DNA of 47,488 nucleotides, from NCBI GenBank assembly GCA_003599745.1, contig QZJL01000040.1:1-47488 (forward strand). Direction: 5' to 3'. Of the stretch, positions 28,664 through 38,221 are shown in pieces. Position 1 is the first letter of the stretch, and the number at the start of each line of letters is the position of its first letter. Source of the DNA: Dehalococcoidia bacterium. GTDB taxonomy: Bacteria > Chloroflexota > Dehalococcoidia > Dehalococcoidales > SURF-40. The notes under the pieces are model-generated. The model had not been told where the DNA came from. It worked only from the letters and a program-made list of their open reading frames with translations, and did not search any database. Made by a program: the position numbers and the translations under genes.

Positions 28664-29898
28664 ATTATTTCCACCTCCGGGATAGGGACGATGAATTTCC
28701 CGCCTTCCCGCTGGTATTCAACTTGCTGTTTTAATACTTCGTTGGCGATGTTCCAGACCAGCAGCAGCGTGTAATCTGGCTTGTCTTGCTGCAGTTTTTC
28801 TATCGGATATATCGGCAGGCGTACTCCCGGCACGTAGCGCCCCTGCTTGTAGGGGCTGCGGTCTACCACGAAATCCAGGATGTCCGGGCCAATGCCAAAA
28901 TAGTTTAGCAACACGGTTCCTTTGGCGGCTGCCCCGTAAGCTGCCAGCCGTTTCCCCTCTTTTTTCAGTTTGAACAGGGTGTTGCGTAGGGAGCTTTTCA
29001 GGGTTTCAACGCGCTGGCCGAAGCTCCGGTAGAACTCGATGCGGTCCATCCCTGCCTTTTCTTCCTCGTCCAGCAGGTTAAGTACGTTGGAGCCTGGACG
29101 TTCCGTGTCGTGGGTGACAAACAGCCGCAGCGTGCCGCCGTGAATGGGGATTCGCTCCACGTCTTGAACGATGAGTCCGTGCCGCCGGAACAGGCGGTCT
29201 ACCGCCGTCAGGGAAAAATAGCAGAGGTGCTCGTGATAGATGGTATCGAATTCATAGTGGTCAATCAAGTCTTTCACATAGGGAACTTCAATTACGGCCA
29301 CGCCGTTATCTTTCAGCAAAATTTTGATTCCTTGCACGAAGCCGTTGGTATCGGCGACGTGTGCCAGCACATTACAGCCGTGAATGACGTCGGCGCGTTC
29401 GCCACGCTCCCTGAGTTGAAGCGCCAGCTTTTCGCCAAAAAATTCGCAAAGGGTGGGGATACCCTTCTCTTCCCGGGCGACCTTGGCGATGTTGGCCGCC
29501 GGTTCGATGCCCAGCACCCGGATGCCTTTTTGCTGATAGAACTGTAGCAGGTAACCATCGTTGCTGGCGGGTTCCACCACCAGGCTGTTATTGTCAAGGT
29601 GGCGCGTGCTAATCAGGCGTTTAGTAATTTCGGCAGCGTTTTGCACCACCGTGTCGGAAACCGAGGAAAAATAAAGGTATTCCCCAAACAACTTCTGCGG
29701 CGGCACCGTTTCCGTAATCTGCACCAGTGAACATTCGGGGCAAAAGACCACGTCAAGGGGGAAAATTTCCTCGGGCTTATCCAGTTCTTCGGGCGTGAGC
29801 AGGGCGTTGGCCAGCGGCATACTGCCCAGCGACAGCACTGGCAGCAGCCCGGTGTGCCCACAGGAACGACAGGCGGGTTTTATCTTTGTGTTAATCAT
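28660..29898 (-). CDS. NDP-sugar C-methyltransferase (NovU/TcaB9/EryBIII-like)
   Basis: Zn ligands CRSC and CPEC, EPASNDG, NVLAHV, DTIYHEH, HGG, YGAAAKG, WN. Start ATG 29898. Confidence 0.9.
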   Translation of the reverse strand: MINTKIKPACRSCGHTGLLPVLSLGSMPLANALLTPEELDKPEEIFPLDVVFCPECSLVQITETVPPQKLFGEYLYFSSVSDTVVQNAAEITKRLISTRHLDNNSLVVEPASNDGYLLQFYQQKGIRVLGIEPAANIAKVAREEKGIPTLCEFFGEKLALQLRERGERADVIHGCNVLAHVADTNGFVQGIKILLKDNGVAVIEVPYVKDLIDHYEFDTIYHEHLCYFSLTAVDRLFRRHGLIVQDVERIPIHGGTLRLFVTHDTERPGSNVLNLLDEEEKAGMDRIEFYRSFGQRVETLKSSLRNTLFKLKKEGKRLAAYGAAAKGTVLLNYFGIGPDILDFVVDRSPYKQGRYVPGVRLPIYPIEKLQQDKPDYTLLLVWNIANEVLKQQVEYQREGGKFIVPIPEVEII

Positions 29899-30940
29899 TA
29901 GCGTCCTCCGTCTTTTGCCACCGGAGCGAGCTGTCGAGGCGGCCGGCATCGAGCAGATACTTTAGTTGCTTGAGCCGGGTGAACCTGCGCCCGTTAAAAT
30001 CTTCCAGAGTCAGGGATACGTGCTGGAAAGCGGCGTATAGCTCTTTCGCTCCGAGCCGGGCATTCCATTTGGCTTTAAAATCGGTGAGCGTTCTGGCCAG
30101 TTTGCTGAAGTCCACCCGGTAATTGCGGGGGTCAGGGCCGCTTTCTCCGGCATATTCGACTTCGCAATCCGGCACCGTCTCCCGCACAATCGCGGCAAGG
30201 TCTCGTACCTGGTAATTCTCGCCATTGACGCCGACATTAAAGGCCTGGCTGTGAATTTTTTTCTCGTTGGCGCTGAGGACGGTAGCGAAGGCTCGGGCAA
30301 TGTCCTCGATGTGCACGATGGGTCGCCAGGGGGTGCCGTCGCTCATGATACGGATTTTTCCGGTAGTATAAGCCCAACAGACCAGATTGTTGAGCACCAC
30401 GTCGGCCCGCAAGCGAGGCGAGACGCCGTAGGCGGTGGCGTTGCGCAGGAAAACCGGGCAGAAGCTGCTATCGGCCAGTTTGGCGATATCTTCCTCCGTG
30501 CGTACTTTGGATAGGGCATAGGGCGTTATCGGCCGCATAGGAGCGGTCTCGGTTAATATTTCATCGCCGTTTGCTGCTCCGTATAGGCTGCATGAAGACG
30601 AATACAGAAAGCGGCGCACGCCGGTTTCTTTCGCCATTTTTGCCAGGTGAACCGAAGCCAGATGGTTAATATCATAGGTCAGCTCGGGGTTCAGGCTACC
30701 GAGGGGGTCGTTGGACAATGCCGCCAGGTGCACGACGGCATCAATTCCCGTCAAGTCTTTGACGGTTACATCGCGGATGTCTTTTTTGATGGACGTGACC
30801 TTGTTATCGCCCGGGCCTTCGAGGGTGCATTCTTTGAAAAAATAAGTATCCAGGCCGATTATTTGATGGCCTGCCGCCTGCAGGATTGGCACCATAGCCG
30901 ACCCGATATACCCGTTATGACCCGTCACCAGTACGCGCAT
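29891..30940 (-). CDS. NAD-dependent nucleotide-sugar dehydratase/epimerase (extended SDR)
   Basis: [36 protein letters not shown]. Confidence 0.85.
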   Translation of the reverse strand: MRVLVTGHNGYIGSAMVPILQAAGHQIIGLDTYFFKECTLEGPGDNKVTSIKKDIRDVTVKDLTGIDAVVHLAALSNDPLGSLNPELTYDINHLASVHLAKMAKETGVRRFLYSSSCSLYGAANGDEILTETAPMRPITPYALSKVRTEEDIAKLADSSFCPVFLRNATAYGVSPRLRADVVLNNLVCWAYTTGKIRIMSDGTPWRPIVHIEDIARAFATVLSANEKKIHSQAFNVGVNGENYQVRDLAAIVRETVPDCEVEYAGESGPDPRNYRVDFSKLARTLTDFKAKWNARLGAKELYAAFQHVSLTLEDFNGRRFTRLKQLKYLLDAGRLDSSLRWQKTEDAND

Positions 30941-30944
30941 CCGT

Positions 30945-31718
30945 TTACTCCTGCCAAATCTTCCAGGGTGCCTTGCCGTTTTGCCACAGGTTTTCTAGTA
31001 GTTGCACATCGCGCAGCGTATCCATGCACTGCCAGAAACCTTCGTGTTTATAGACTGCCAGTTCTCCACCGGCGGCAAGTTGTCTCATCGGTTCGTGTTC
31101 CCAGTGGGTGGCATCCCCCTCGATGTAGTCCACCGCCCCAGGTTCCAGCACGAAGAAACCGCCGTTTATCCAGCCTTCGCCAATCTGGGGCTTTTCTTCA
31201 AAGTGGCTTGCCAGGTCGCCGTTTAGAGTGATGCCGCCGAAGCGGGCCGGCGGGCGCACCGCGGTAACCGTTGCCAGCTTGCCCCGGCGGCGGTGAAACT
31301 CAACCAGGCGCTTGATATCTATGTTCGCGACCCCATCCCCGTAGGTGAGCAGGAAAGGCTCCTTGCCGATAAACCCGGCAGCGTGCTTGACCCGGCCGCC
31401 GGTCTGGGTATTCAGCCCGGTATCCAGAAGATGCACCGTCCAGTCTTCGGTTTCGCCATTGTGGCGGGTCACTTCACCGCTGGCTAATCTCACGCTCAAG
31501 CTGTTTGTCCGGTTGCAGTAGTTAACAAAGTAGTCCTTGATGACTTCGCCGCGGTAGCCGAGGGCGATGATAAACTCATTAAAGCCGTAAGCGGCATAGC
31601 TTTTCATAATGTGCCAGAGAATCGGGCGTCCCCCGATTTCAACCATCGGCTTCGGAATTTCAGTTGTTTTTTCCGATAGACGGGTGCCAAGTCCACCTGC
31701 CAGGATTACCACTTTCAT
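30945..31718 (-). CDS. rfbF: Glucose-1-phosphate cytidylyltransferase
   Basis: [50 protein letters not shown]. Start ATG 31718. Confidence 0.93.
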   Translation of the reverse strand: MKVVILAGGLGTRLSEKTTEIPKPMVEIGGRPILWHIMKSYAAYGFNEFIIALGYRGEVIKDYFVNYCNRTNSLSVRLASGEVTRHNGETEDWTVHLLDTGLNTQTGGRVKHAAGFIGKEPFLLTYGDGVANIDIKRLVEFHRRRGKLATVTAVRPPARFGGITLNGDLASHFEEKPQIGEGWINGGFFVLEPGAVDYIEGDATHWEHEPMRQLAAGGELAVYKHEGFWQCMDTLRDVQLLENLWQNGKAPWKIWQE

Positions 31719-31747
31719 AACTACTCTCCGCACCGGAATGCAAGTCT

Positions 31748-31776
31748 ATTATAATACAAGACTCCTTAACCTGTAA
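31748..31776 (-). promoter_or_regulatory. Internal promoter upstream of rfbF
   Basis: TTACAG (31776-31771), 17-nt spacer, TATAAT (31753-31748). Confidence 0.45.
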
Positions 31777-31780
31777 TATG

Positions 31781-32890
31781 TTACGTCTGTCTCTGCTTGA
31801 TAGTTCCTACTAGGTGACGGTATTCGTGCACGCTGCGTTCCCGCACGACCGGCCTGCTGAGCAATTTCCCGGCGATTGCCCCGGCGAGCTTCAGCGGGTT
31901 TAAGGTCATGCGGTTTTCGGCTGCGCCGGGAACCGTAAGATTGGTGTAGGGAATGCCGAGCACCTGCCATTCCTTCACATCATAATATTCCCCCATAATA
32001 GAGCTAACAGTGGTGAGCTGGTCGTTATGCTTGGAACGGTCGCGGTTATGGCTGTAAAGGTACTGGCACTCCAGTTCCGCCAGCTTGCGGATATATCCCG
32101 TGACCTGTTCGGTCGTCATCTCCTGGAAGGAAATCATGTTGATGGCTAAATCAACCTTGTTCAACTTCATTTGATTAAAGAAAAAGTCCGGCAGAAAGGT
32201 GAAATCATATGACTGGTAGCTGTCGAGCAACTGCCCCTCGGGCTTGTCGCCGTAAATGAGCATCGCCGCCTTCGGGAAAAGCGCTTTGAGATAGACGGCG
32301 GAAAACAGCAGTGTCTGGGGCAGGTCGAAAATGATGTAGCAGGTGTTCGGGAAAATGGTCTTGAACTGGTAGGCAAAGCCTCCCCACCCCGCGCCGATTT
32401 CAATTGCTACCCTCCGCTCATCGCTCCGGTTACGGAAGTCATCAAGCAGTCCGGCCTTATTCATGGCGATGAGGGTTTCGTAAAACTTGAGGGTGTCGAG
32501 GTTTACCAGCGCGCCATCAACTACGTGGCCGAAGCCTCCCAGTAGCGGCGATTCGGGCACGAATAAACCCTCCCCGTCCAGGTGCTTCAGGGCGTGCAGC
32601 TTATTTACGAAGGGTTCGCTCTTGTGGGCGTGATGGTCGCGGTACTCGTAAGAGCGGATGCCACTGATGTGGTGGCAGTGCTCGCGCAGCTTCTCGATTA
32701 TCAGGGGGGAAGCGTCGAGCATATAGGTAAACCCCGCCAACTCCTCCGCCCAGTAGTCGGAGGGATGATTGCCAAGCTTCTGCGCCTGCTCCAGCATTTC
32801 TACCACGCGGTCGCGAACGTGAAGATAGTAGCGGAATACCTCGCTCTGCCTGGCGGTTTCAATGGCGTTTTGCAGGGCGTTACTGCTCAC
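31781..32890 (-). CDS. Putative sugar O-methyltransferase (TIGR04371-like)
   Basis: PSDYW, IEIGAGWG, IFDLP, N..SFQEM. Confidence 0.75.
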   Translation of the reverse strand: MSSNALQNAIETARQSEVFRYYLHVRDRVVEMLEQAQKLGNHPSDYWAEELAGFTYMLDASPLIIEKLREHCHHISGIRSYEYRDHHAHKSEPFVNKLHALKHLDGEGLFVPESPLLGGFGHVVDGALVNLDTLKFYETLIAMNKAGLLDDFRNRSDERRVAIEIGAGWGGFAYQFKTIFPNTCYIIFDLPQTLLFSAVYLKALFPKAAMLIYGDKPEGQLLDSYQSYDFTFLPDFFFNQMKLNKVDLAINMISFQEMTTEQVTGYIRKLAELECQYLYSHNRDRSKHNDQLTTVSSIMGEYYDVKEWQVLGIPYTNLTVPGAAENRMTLNPLKLAGAIAGKLLSRPVVRERSVHEYRHLVGTIKQRQT

Positions 32891-34313
32891 TTTTCACCTT
32901 TTCTCTCTCCGGCAAGCGAGAGCCAATTTCCGAGTTTATTTGCGCGGCGCTTTTCCCCCTGGCCGCAAGCTCAATTGCCCGGGCGGCAACCTCCCCGGCG
33001 GAAAGCTCTAACCCGTATGGTCTTATAAAATCCAGGATGAATTTGCGCCGGTTTTCTCTTTTGGCGTCTTTGCCGTCCAGCAAGTCGGCGATAACGCTGG
33101 TCGCTTGCTCCACAGTTTCCGCTTGTTCATACACGCCGGCATCCAGGATATATTGGAAATGGACTGCCCGGGAAGCGTTGGTATTGCGGTACTCATCAAC
33201 CAGGAGGGTGATGACCGGGCAGTCGGCTATAACGGCGTCTACCATCGCGGTGGTGTTCAAACCCGCCGCGCAGACCGCATAGCGCAGCGAGGCCGCGAAC
33301 TCGGCAAACGACCCGGGGGTATCTGGCAACTGGTTATCCCTGAGCCAGACTTTAACGTTGGGTGCCGATATCTTTTTATAGACTTCCTGGTTAGCGCCAT
33401 GGGGGCGGGCGAGAATGGTCATTTCCCCTAAGCGTTTGTCCGTGGCGTTTCGCAAGCTGGCAGCCAGCTTCTCTACCAGCCAGGTTTCGTCACGGGCGAT
33501 GTTCGCCGACGAACCCAGATAAACGATAAATGGCCTGACGGGGTCAAGCCCGACTCGCCGGCAGAACTCGTCTCTCGGTATTGTCGGTAAGCTGGCATCG
33601 AACCACTTGTCCAGAAACGGCGAGCCGGTAATTACTATCTTATCAGCCGGGACATGGTGGATGGAAGCTGCTTCCCCGGCCTGGGCGCGGTTCCACGCAA
33701 GTGTAATATCGGGAATGGCGTGGAAAAGCCCCTTGGTCGTGAGGTTATCCCAACTTAAAACCGGCACCACCGTTGGTATGCCCAGGGATTTGGCGGCTTT
33801 GACGTATTCCACTTCTTCGGAAAAACGCATGTCAACCGGCGATGCCACCACCACGTCGGGGCGGTTTTCCTTGAGCCAGCGCTTGATTTGTGTATCGGGC
33901 GGGACGAGGCGTTCAAATGTTCTGAGGGCTGACGCCACCGGTCTGCTCGCAATAAATTTCCGGGCGAGCTTTGACCTCTGGACGGCCAGCTTAACGTAGG
34001 GGTGCTGGTAATTTTGCCATCTTTTGGTATAGAACTCGTCCTGGTCTTGGCGGTGAAGGTAGCTTGAGTAGCTGAGCAGTTCACGCGAGGCGAACAGCGG
34101 GCGTCGCCAAAGTCCCTTCCGGCGTAGCGACCAGCCGGTGGTCAAATTTTTATTGGCGGCCAGGCAGGCCTGCACCGGAGTGTCGGGGTAATTCTTGCTC
34201 CACCCATTGTCAAATAGAACCAGAACCCGGTGTCCATCAGAGTACAGGCTCTTTACCACCGACTCGTGGTAGGTAAAGTGAGAGATTGAGCGCATTACAT
34301 AAAGAATTTTCAT
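32880..34313 (-). CDS. GT-B fold glycan transferase-like protein (CDP-glycerophosphotransferase/KpsC-like)
   Basis: RPDVVV, LSWDNLTTKG, TGSP..D, RPH, NTTAMVDA; located in the glycan operon. Confidence 0.55.
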   Translation of the reverse strand: MKILYVMRSISHFTYHESVVKSLYSDGHRVLVLFDNGWSKNYPDTPVQACLAANKNLTTGWSLRRKGLWRRPLFASRELLSYSSYLHRQDQDEFYTKRWQNYQHPYVKLAVQRSKLARKFIASRPVASALRTFERLVPPDTQIKRWLKENRPDVVVASPVDMRFSEEVEYVKAAKSLGIPTVVPVLSWDNLTTKGLFHAIPDITLAWNRAQAGEAASIHHVPADKIVITGSPFLDKWFDASLPTIPRDEFCRRVGLDPVRPFIVYLGSSANIARDETWLVEKLAASLRNATDKRLGEMTILARPHGANQEVYKKISAPNVKVWLRDNQLPDTPGSFAEFAASLRYAVCAAGLNTTAMVDAVIADCPVITLLVDEYRNTNASRAVHFQYILDAGVYEQAETVEQATSVIADLLDGKDAKRENRRKFILDFIRPYGLELSAGEVAARAIELAARGKSAAQINSEIGSRLPEREKVKSEQ

Positions 34314-34349
34314 TTCATTCGTAGCTGGAAGCTTGTCCTGATGCCTTGG

Positions 34350-35510
34350 CTAAAGATTTTTGCCCTCTTTTGAAATCTTGTCATCTGATAGGTCAGGTGG
34401 AAGAATCCACTTTCTATGGGTCGAGTCAAAAGTAGCAGCGGAGTTGTCCCTGAAACGGCGATGGCAAAATAGACAATCTTCCGATAGATGATGCGCTATC
34501 ATAGATTTTCTGAAATTAATGATACCTTGGCTGTTGAAATGATAACCTTTAAATATATTGCCTATTTCCGGGTTAAAGGGGAGATGACAGCAGTAGCTTA
34601 TATCACCGGTAGGACTGATATAAACTTTATTCCAGGGGTATTGACAAATTTCTTTTTTGAATGTTTCAGAACCTGGGTTAAGTATTAAAGGAAGATGTAT
34701 CGAAAAAGGGAAATCATCCTTGCTGATGAACTCTGCAAGAAAATGTTTTACAGCCGGGCTGCTACTGACAAGGGATGTTAATGAGCTTGAGCCGTGGGCG
34801 TTTCCGGGGCTAAAGTTCAGAAACGTAGGCTTAACCTGTTTAGCAAACTGAATTACTTCCTGAACCTTGCTCAAATTTTCTTCAAATAAAACATAGCTCA
34901 GCGTAAACGGAATCTTTTGTGCATTTAATAAATCAATCCCGCTCATCATCTTGTCAAATTGCTTCCTGGTCCCGTTTGTGGTTCGTTCAAAGGATTCATA
35001 ATCAAGACCATTAAGACTGATATTCAAATCATCAATCGACTTTAAATCGTTTATTCTTTCTTTGATTAAGGTCCCGTTGGTAGACATTTTCAAACGAAAG
35101 TTTTTGCTTTTTGCGCTCGTTACGATTTCAGAAAATTCAGGGTGAGCCGTAGGCTCTCCACCTTGTAATGCGATGGTTCCGATATCTTTACCGAATTTGT
35201 CTAGAATGCGATTGAAATCCAGAACACTCATTGTGGGTGCATTATCAAAAGCGTCTTTATCCTGAAGTAACCACTGGCAATATGAGCATCTAAGATTGCA
35301 ACGGAAAGTGATGTATATGTGAAATGAAGGTGGCACATAGCGAATTTTGGCTTTACGCCCGTAGGATTGTTTTATTAAATCTGACCTTCTGCGCTTTTTG
35401 TATTGTTGGCTATGGCGCTTAATATCCAAGGGGTCGAAAAGTAAGTTTAAAAGAAATATTGCTTCCGGTTTTGAAACGAGCATTTCAGACACTTTTTTTT
35501 TGAAGTTCAT
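34350..35510 (-). CDS. Radical SAM enzyme with a Twitch/SPASM domain
   Basis: CNLRCSYC, GGEP, STNG; C-terminal CQYPW...GDISYCC...CLFC; AT-rich. Confidence 0.9.
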   Translation of the reverse strand: MNFKKKVSEMLVSKPEAIFLLNLLFDPLDIKRHSQQYKKRRRSDLIKQSYGRKAKIRYVPPSFHIYITFRCNLRCSYCQWLLQDKDAFDNAPTMSVLDFNRILDKFGKDIGTIALQGGEPTAHPEFSEIVTSAKSKNFRLKMSTNGTLIKERINDLKSIDDLNISLNGLDYESFERTTNGTRKQFDKMMSGIDLLNAQKIPFTLSYVLFEENLSKVQEVIQFAKQVKPTFLNFSPGNAHGSSSLTSLVSSSPAVKHFLAEFISKDDFPFSIHLPLILNPGSETFKKEICQYPWNKVYISPTGDISYCCHLPFNPEIGNIFKGYHFNSQGIINFRKSMIAHHLSEDCLFCHRRFRDNSAATFDSTHRKWILPPDLSDDKISKEGKNL

Positions 35511-35629
35511 CGCATGGAATCCTCATGGTGCGATTGATTAGGCTCACGAAATTTAAAAGATGCACTTCCCCATCTTAGACATAATCTTCCCGGGCTGAAG
35601 AACACGGATATATTTGAGATCGATTTCAT
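35507..35629 (-). CDS. Putative 40-aa small ORF (not in the ORF track)
   Basis: MKSISNISVFFSPGRLCLRWGSASFKFREPNQSHHEDSMR*. The ATG is 1 nt after the upstream TAA, and the TGA overlaps the radical SAM ATG (ATGA). Confidence 0.4.
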   Translation of the reverse strand: MKSISNISVFFSPGRLCLRWGSASFKFREPNQSHHEDSMR

Positions 35630-35630
35630 A

Positions 35631-36098
35631 TTAACATTCCCTATCGAGTGTGTAGCCAATTACCTTCGCCGGCACACCTGCAAGAATGCAACCATTTGGA
35701 AAACTCTTCGTCACAACCGACCCGGCGGCAACAATACAATTGTCCCCTAAAGTAACACCGCCTATTATTGTGACTCCTGATGTAATAAAAGATCCGGCAC
35801 CTATTCTAATATCATAACCTTGAGTTGGCACTTGTTCGGATTTCGGTTGTTTTAGCTTTCCGCCTTCAAAAGCGTGTCTTCCAGTAATGAACATGCAATT
35901 ATAGCCAATAACCGTCCCTTTGCCTATGTATATGTGGCCACTTCGTGTATTGAAAATGGCATTGACAGTTGTCCGTTCTTTCGCTCTTTCCCAATGAAGC
36001 CGTTCAGCCGGGCCGTGTATGAAGTGCCGATAATAATGCGCAAAACCTAAACCGGAAAGGTAATTAATAATAAATTCCTTGACTTTCACAGATTTCAA
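35631..36098 (-). CDS. Left-handed beta-helix O-acyltransferase (maltose acetyltransferase-like)
   Basis: Hexapeptide repeats IYIGKG, IRIGAGSFI, GVTLGDNCIVAAGSVVTK, AGVPAKVI. Confidence 0.88.
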   Translation of the reverse strand: MKSVKVKEFIINYLSGLGFAHYYRHFIHGPAERLHWERAKERTTVNAIFNTRSGHIYIGKGTVIGYNCMFITGRHAFEGGKLKQPKSEQVPTQGYDIRIGAGSFITSGVTIIGGVTLGDNCIVAAGSVVTKSFPNGCILAGVPAKVIGYTLDREC

Positions 36099-36105
36099 CC
36101 TTCTA

Positions 36106-37374
36106 TCATTCTCTAAACAATGATTTCCATTTTAACAAAGGTCGCATCACCCCAGCCAAATTCTCGGCATAGTCTCCACGAGCGGAGGGTTCGGTCATCG
36201 GGTCGAATATCTGGAAAGTGATTGTATCCCTTACTCGGACGAATTGAAGTTTTATTCCTCTGGAGTTGAAAATCGTGATTCCTACTGTATATTCCCCTTC
36301 AGCCAGCAAGTTTGGCGGAATAAAGACCTCGGAAAAATAGTCTCCAATTTGTTCCTGCCTAGTTTCAGAAGGCTCAATAGTTGAAAATGCACAGACGCCC
36401 TGCGTGAAAAAGAGAGCGGCACAGCGGAACGACAGGCCGGGTTGCCCAATGTGATAGCCGATACGTAGTGTTAACGGCTCATGCACTTCAACCACCGAAG
36501 CCGGTGTGCCGTCTGCCTTGAGCAACTTGATTGAGGTGAGTCTTAGCTCGTCGGTGCCCGGCGCTTCCTCCAATTCCCAGGTTCTCTGCCCGCCCACCCC
36601 GGCTTCACCGTTCAGGTAGGCGTTGGTCACGCTGACCGAATGCCCGTCCTGCACCAGCCGCCCGTTATCCAGCAAAATAGCCCGCGGGCACAGGCGGTTG
36701 ATGGCTGCCATGTTGTGGCTCACGAATAAAACCGTCCGCCCCTCTTTTGAGACGTTCTCCATTTTGCCCAGGCATTTCTTCTGGAACTGGGCATCGCCCA
36801 CCGCCAGCACCTCATCCACCAGCAATATCTCCGGCTCGAGATGGGCGGCTACCGAAAACGCCAGGCGCACCTGCATGCCGGAGGAGTAACGCTTTAAAGG
36901 AGTATCTATAAATTTCTCGACGCCGGAAAATTCCACAATCTCGTCGAACTTGCGCTTAATCTCGTATCGCTTCATTCCCAGTATGGCGCCGTTGAGATAG
37001 ACGTTCTCCCGCCCGGTCAGCTCGGGGTGAAAACCGGTGCCCACTTCCAGCAGGGCGCTTACCCGCCCGCGGATTTCGGCGCCGCCCTCGGTTGGCTCGG
37101 TGATGCGGGTGAGAATCCGCAGCAACGTGGTTTTGCCCGCCCCGTTACGGCCGATGATGCCCACCACCTCGCCTTGTCTGACCTGGAAAGAAACGTCCTT
37201 GAGCGCCCAGATATAGTTATCCGGCTTCGTAGCCTGCGTGCTTCCGTCTCTGAAACGCCGGAAAGGGCTCAAAAGGGCATGTGACAGGTTTTCCTGCAGG
37301 TTGCGGTAGCCGACAAACTGGCCGGTTCGATAGAGCTTGCCCAGGTTTTCAGCTTTGATGGCGAAATCGCTCAT
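36106..37374 (-). CDS. wzt: Glycan ABC exporter ATPase with C-terminal carbohydrate-binding domain
   Basis: GRNGAGKTT, LEVGTGFHPELTGREN, YSSGM..RLAF, DEVLAVGD, VSH, about 170-aa C-terminal extension. Start ATG 37374. Confidence 0.93.
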   Translation of the reverse strand: MSDFAIKAENLGKLYRTGQFVGYRNLQENLSHALLSPFRRFRDGSTQATKPDNYIWALKDVSFQVRQGEVVGIIGRNGAGKTTLLRILTRITEPTEGGAEIRGRVSALLEVGTGFHPELTGRENVYLNGAILGMKRYEIKRKFDEIVEFSGVEKFIDTPLKRYSSGMQVRLAFSVAAHLEPEILLVDEVLAVGDAQFQKKCLGKMENVSKEGRTVLFVSHNMAAINRLCPRAILLDNGRLVQDGHSVSVTNAYLNGEAGVGGQRTWELEEAPGTDELRLTSIKLLKADGTPASVVEVHEPLTLRIGYHIGQPGLSFRCAALFFTQGVCAFSTIEPSETRQEQIGDYFSEVFIPPNLLAEGEYTVGITIFNSRGIKLQFVRVRDTITFQIFDPMTEPSARGDYAENLAGVMRPLLKWKSLFRE

Positions 37375-37375
37375 G

Positions 37376-38209
37376 TCACAGCACGTCCGCAAACTCTTTT
37401 TCACGGTGACGGAAATAGTAAAGCCCGGAGACCAGCAGCAGGATAACAATCGCCGCTGACACGGCAATCAGGTAGCCGGGAGGCTCCGTCCCCAGTAGCG
37501 TCCAGCGGAAGCCTTCGATGACGCCGGCCATGGGGTTCAGCCCGTAGAAAGTCTGGAAGCGCTGCGGTAACAGGCTGGCAGGATAGACAACCGGCGAAAC
37601 GAACAGGCCAAGCTGAATCAGGAACGGGACGATATGCCCGATATCGCGGTATTTGGCGTTGATGGCCGAGAGCCATAAACCTATGCCCGCTGCCGTCAAC
37701 ATTGCCAGGATGATAAATACTGGCAGCCATAACATTCTTAAAGTAAGCCCATAGCCGAAGTAAAACATCAGGCCGACTAAAACTAGAAAGCCGATGAGAA
37801 AATCAACCAGGGGCGGCAGAATGCCGGAGAGGGGCATCGCCAGCCTGGGGAAATAGACCTTCTTCACCAGGTTGGCTTCGCTGACGAGACTGTTCGAGGA
37901 AAGGGCAACTCCCTGGGCAAACAGGTTCCAGGGAAGCAAGGCGGCGTAGCTGAAGAGGGGATAAGGAGTACCTTCTGAAGAAACTCCGAGCAGGTTACCG
38001 AAAAAGAGCGAAAATACCACCATCATCATGACCGGCTGGATGATTGCCCAGGCGAAGCCGAGCACCGTTTGTTTGTAGCGTACCTTGATTTGCCGCCAGG
38101 TGAGGAAATAGAACAACTCGTGATAAGCCCACAAATCTCTCAGGTGGACGGGAACCCAACCCCTTGATGGTCGAATCCTGATAACCGGCTCAGATATAAT
38201 GCTTTTCAT
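37376..38209 (-). CDS. wzm: Glycan ABC exporter permease
   Basis: KVRYKQTVLGFAW, LVKKVYFPR, YRD, SPVVYP, LNPM, EKEFADVL. Confidence 0.93.
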   Translation of the reverse strand: MKSIISEPVIRIRPSRGWVPVHLRDLWAYHELFYFLTWRQIKVRYKQTVLGFAWAIIQPVMMMVVFSLFFGNLLGVSSEGTPYPLFSYAALLPWNLFAQGVALSSNSLVSEANLVKKVYFPRLAMPLSGILPPLVDFLIGFLVLVGLMFYFGYGLTLRMLWLPVFIILAMLTAAGIGLWLSAINAKYRDIGHIVPFLIQLGLFVSPVVYPASLLPQRFQTFYGLNPMAGVIEGFRWTLLGTEPPGYLIAVSAAIVILLLVSGLYYFRHREKEFADVL

Positions 38210-38221
38210 TCGTCGCTGCTT

